Virus record (IMG/VR): IMGVR_UViG_651703075_000001
Coordinates: 64,001 to 88,322 of that record
Direction: 5' to 3' (one strand)
DNA from: a virus
Lineage: Duplodnaviria; Heunggongvirae; Uroviricota; Caudoviricetes
Length of the DNA: 24,322 nt
Each line of letters opens with the position of its first letter. The first letter of the stretch is position 1. A program made the translations under genes and the position numbers. This document shows positions 22,835-24,322 of the stretch, piece by piece. Below the pieces are notes generated by a model. The model was not told the origin of the DNA and did no database searches. It worked only from the letters and a program-made list of their open reading frames with translations.

Positions 22835-24322
22835 GTGGCTCGGAGAAAGAGGAACGTCAGAAAGGCGGCAGAAGTGCCATCGGCCCCCCGCCTTCGGCTG
22901 GGCGAAATCGGACACACGGGCCTAAAGCAAAGCGGTGGTGCAATCTACGAGGAAACTCGGGCTGAGCTACGGTTCCCCGAGAACCTGAACACCTTCAAGG
23001 TGATGGCCCGAGACGCCACCATTGCAAGTGCCCTGGCATTGTTCGAATTGATGGTAAGCCGTGTAGAATGGAGTGTCAAGGGCGGTACAGAGCCTGACGC
23101 TGCCATGCAGGAGAAGGTTAAATTCCTCTCCCAGGTCATGCACGATATGGACCACACATGGTACGACTTCATCAAAGAGGTGACCAGTTGCTTCACTTAC
23201 GGCTTCTCGATCCATGAGAAGGTGTACCGGAAACGGACGTGGGCAAATGGCTCCAAGTACAATGACAACAAGATTGGCCTGAAGCGTCTCCCTGTCCGTT
23301 CTCAGGAGACCATCAGGAAGTGGCGGTTCAGCGAGGATGGTAGGGACTTCCTCGGTGCTGTGCAGTCTCCCAAACTGATCAGTGGGTGGGAGCAGCGGTA
23401 TGGAACCTATCTGAAGAACCTGCCCAACGGTGGTGATGAGATTTTCATCCCGAAAGAGAAGTTCCTGAACTTCCGTATCGACCCTCGTCGTGACAACCCC
23501 GAGGGCAATAGCCCTCTGAAAAACGTATACTTCGCCTGGAGTTACCGGACTGCCCTGGAAGAGCAGGAAGCCGTAGGCATTACCAGAGATATGAATGGTA
23601 TGCCTACCCTGTACATCCCCCCTCGGTACATGTCCCCGGACGCTTCCGACGAAGAGAAGGCGATCTACGAGTATTACAAGAACGCCATGCGGAACATCAC
23701 CATGAATGAGCAAACGTCGCTCATTCTTCCGCAACAGTTTGACCCGGAATCTCGCCTCCCGCTGTTCAAGTTCGAGTTGACTAGCAGCCAGGGCGGTAAG
23801 ATGTACGATACCGACGCAATCATCAAGCGTTGGGATAACAAGATTCTCCAGGTCCTGTTCGCAGATGTTCTGAAGATGGGCCAGGACAACGTTGGCTCCT
23901 ACAGCCTGGCTGGTGCTAAGACCAACCTGATGGCTATGGCCATTGAAGCACGTTTGCAGATGATCCGGGACGTGCTGAACAACGACCTGGTACCTCAGCT
24001 GTTCCGGTTAAACGGATATCGCCCCGATGAAGAGTTCCCCACCTTCGAGTTCGGCGACCTCGACGAGATTGACTTGGATGTTTACTCCAAGGCGATCCAG
24101 CGAATGATGTCCGTTGGTGGCCTAGAGTTTACTCGTGATGTGGCCAACCGAAACCGCAAGGCCATTGGCCTACCGGAGCTTCCTGCCACTCAGCCTATCG
24201 ACCGAGAGGCTCTGCCCTTGGCAAACGACAGCAAGGCGGGAGAGGGGATGAAGACGGCGGGTGAAGGGACTTCTAAGAGCCCCAGCGCCCGCGATGATTC
24301 AACCGCAAACCAGGATAACTGA
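22835..24322 (+). CDS. portal protein (DUF935/Mu gp29-like)
   Basis: Directly after terL; RBS AGGAGG before GTG 22835; NPEGNSPL, IIKRWDNKIL, GSYSLA motifs; ends with TGA at the window end. Confidence 0.85.
   Translation: MARRKRNVRKAAEVPSAPRLRLGEIGHTGLKQSGGAIYEETRAELRFPENLNTFKVMARDATIASALALFELMVSRVEWSVKGGTEPDAAMQEKVKFLSQVMHDMDHTWYDFIKEVTSCFTYGFSIHEKVYRKRTWANGSKYNDNKIGLKRLPVRSQETIRKWRFSEDGRDFLGAVQSPKLISGWEQRYGTYLKNLPNGGDEIFIPKEKFLNFRIDPRRDNPEGNSPLKNVYFAWSYRTALEEQEAVGITRDMNGMPTLYIPPRYMSPDASDEEKAIYEYYKNAMRNITMNEQTSLILPQQFDPESRLPLFKFELTSSQGGKMYDTDAIIKRWDNKILQVLFADVLKMGQDNVGSYSLAGAKTNLMAMAIEARLQMIRDVLNNDLVPQLFRLNGYRPDEEFPTFEFGDLDEIDLDVYSKAIQRMMSVGGLEFTRDVANRNRKAIGLPELPATQPIDREALPLANDSKAGEGMKTAGEGTSKSPSARDDSTANQDN

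Noticed and set aside
1-24322. CRISPR array, integrase, IS element or homing endonuclease
   Set aside because: No regularly spaced repeats and no recognisable recombinase, transposase or HNH/GIY-YIG motifs were seen.

Overview
The window is part of a lytic Pseudomonas-type myovirus genome. Gene content, gene order and the Asn/Tyr/Gln tRNA set resemble KPP10-like (Nankokuvirus) phages; this is recalled similarity, not a database result. There are three blocks. (1) 1-6524 (+): small accessory genes, including prophage-like mosaic genes (Ead/Ea22-like, DUF1643). (2) 6567-17532 (-): an HslV-like Ntn peptidase, SF1 helicase, DprA/SLOG protein, SleB-type cell wall hydrolase, ATP-dependent DNA ligase, dCMP deaminase and hypotheticals. 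(3) 17725-24322 (+), after an AT-rich divergent promoter island: a TerS-like gene, a tRNA/ncRNA cluster, a truncated second terminase ATPase, a head-fibre-like gene, TerL and portal. Highlights: a 59-aa type IV pilin mimic that the ORF track misses (7374-7553); hidden tRNA-like RNAs among the canonical tRNAs (a non-canonical tRNA-Trp and a 121-nt CCA-ended RNA with no anticodon arm); an ATPase-only TerL paralog; and sigma70 promoters repeatedly embedded in inverted repeats. All family assignments come from motif recognition by eye.
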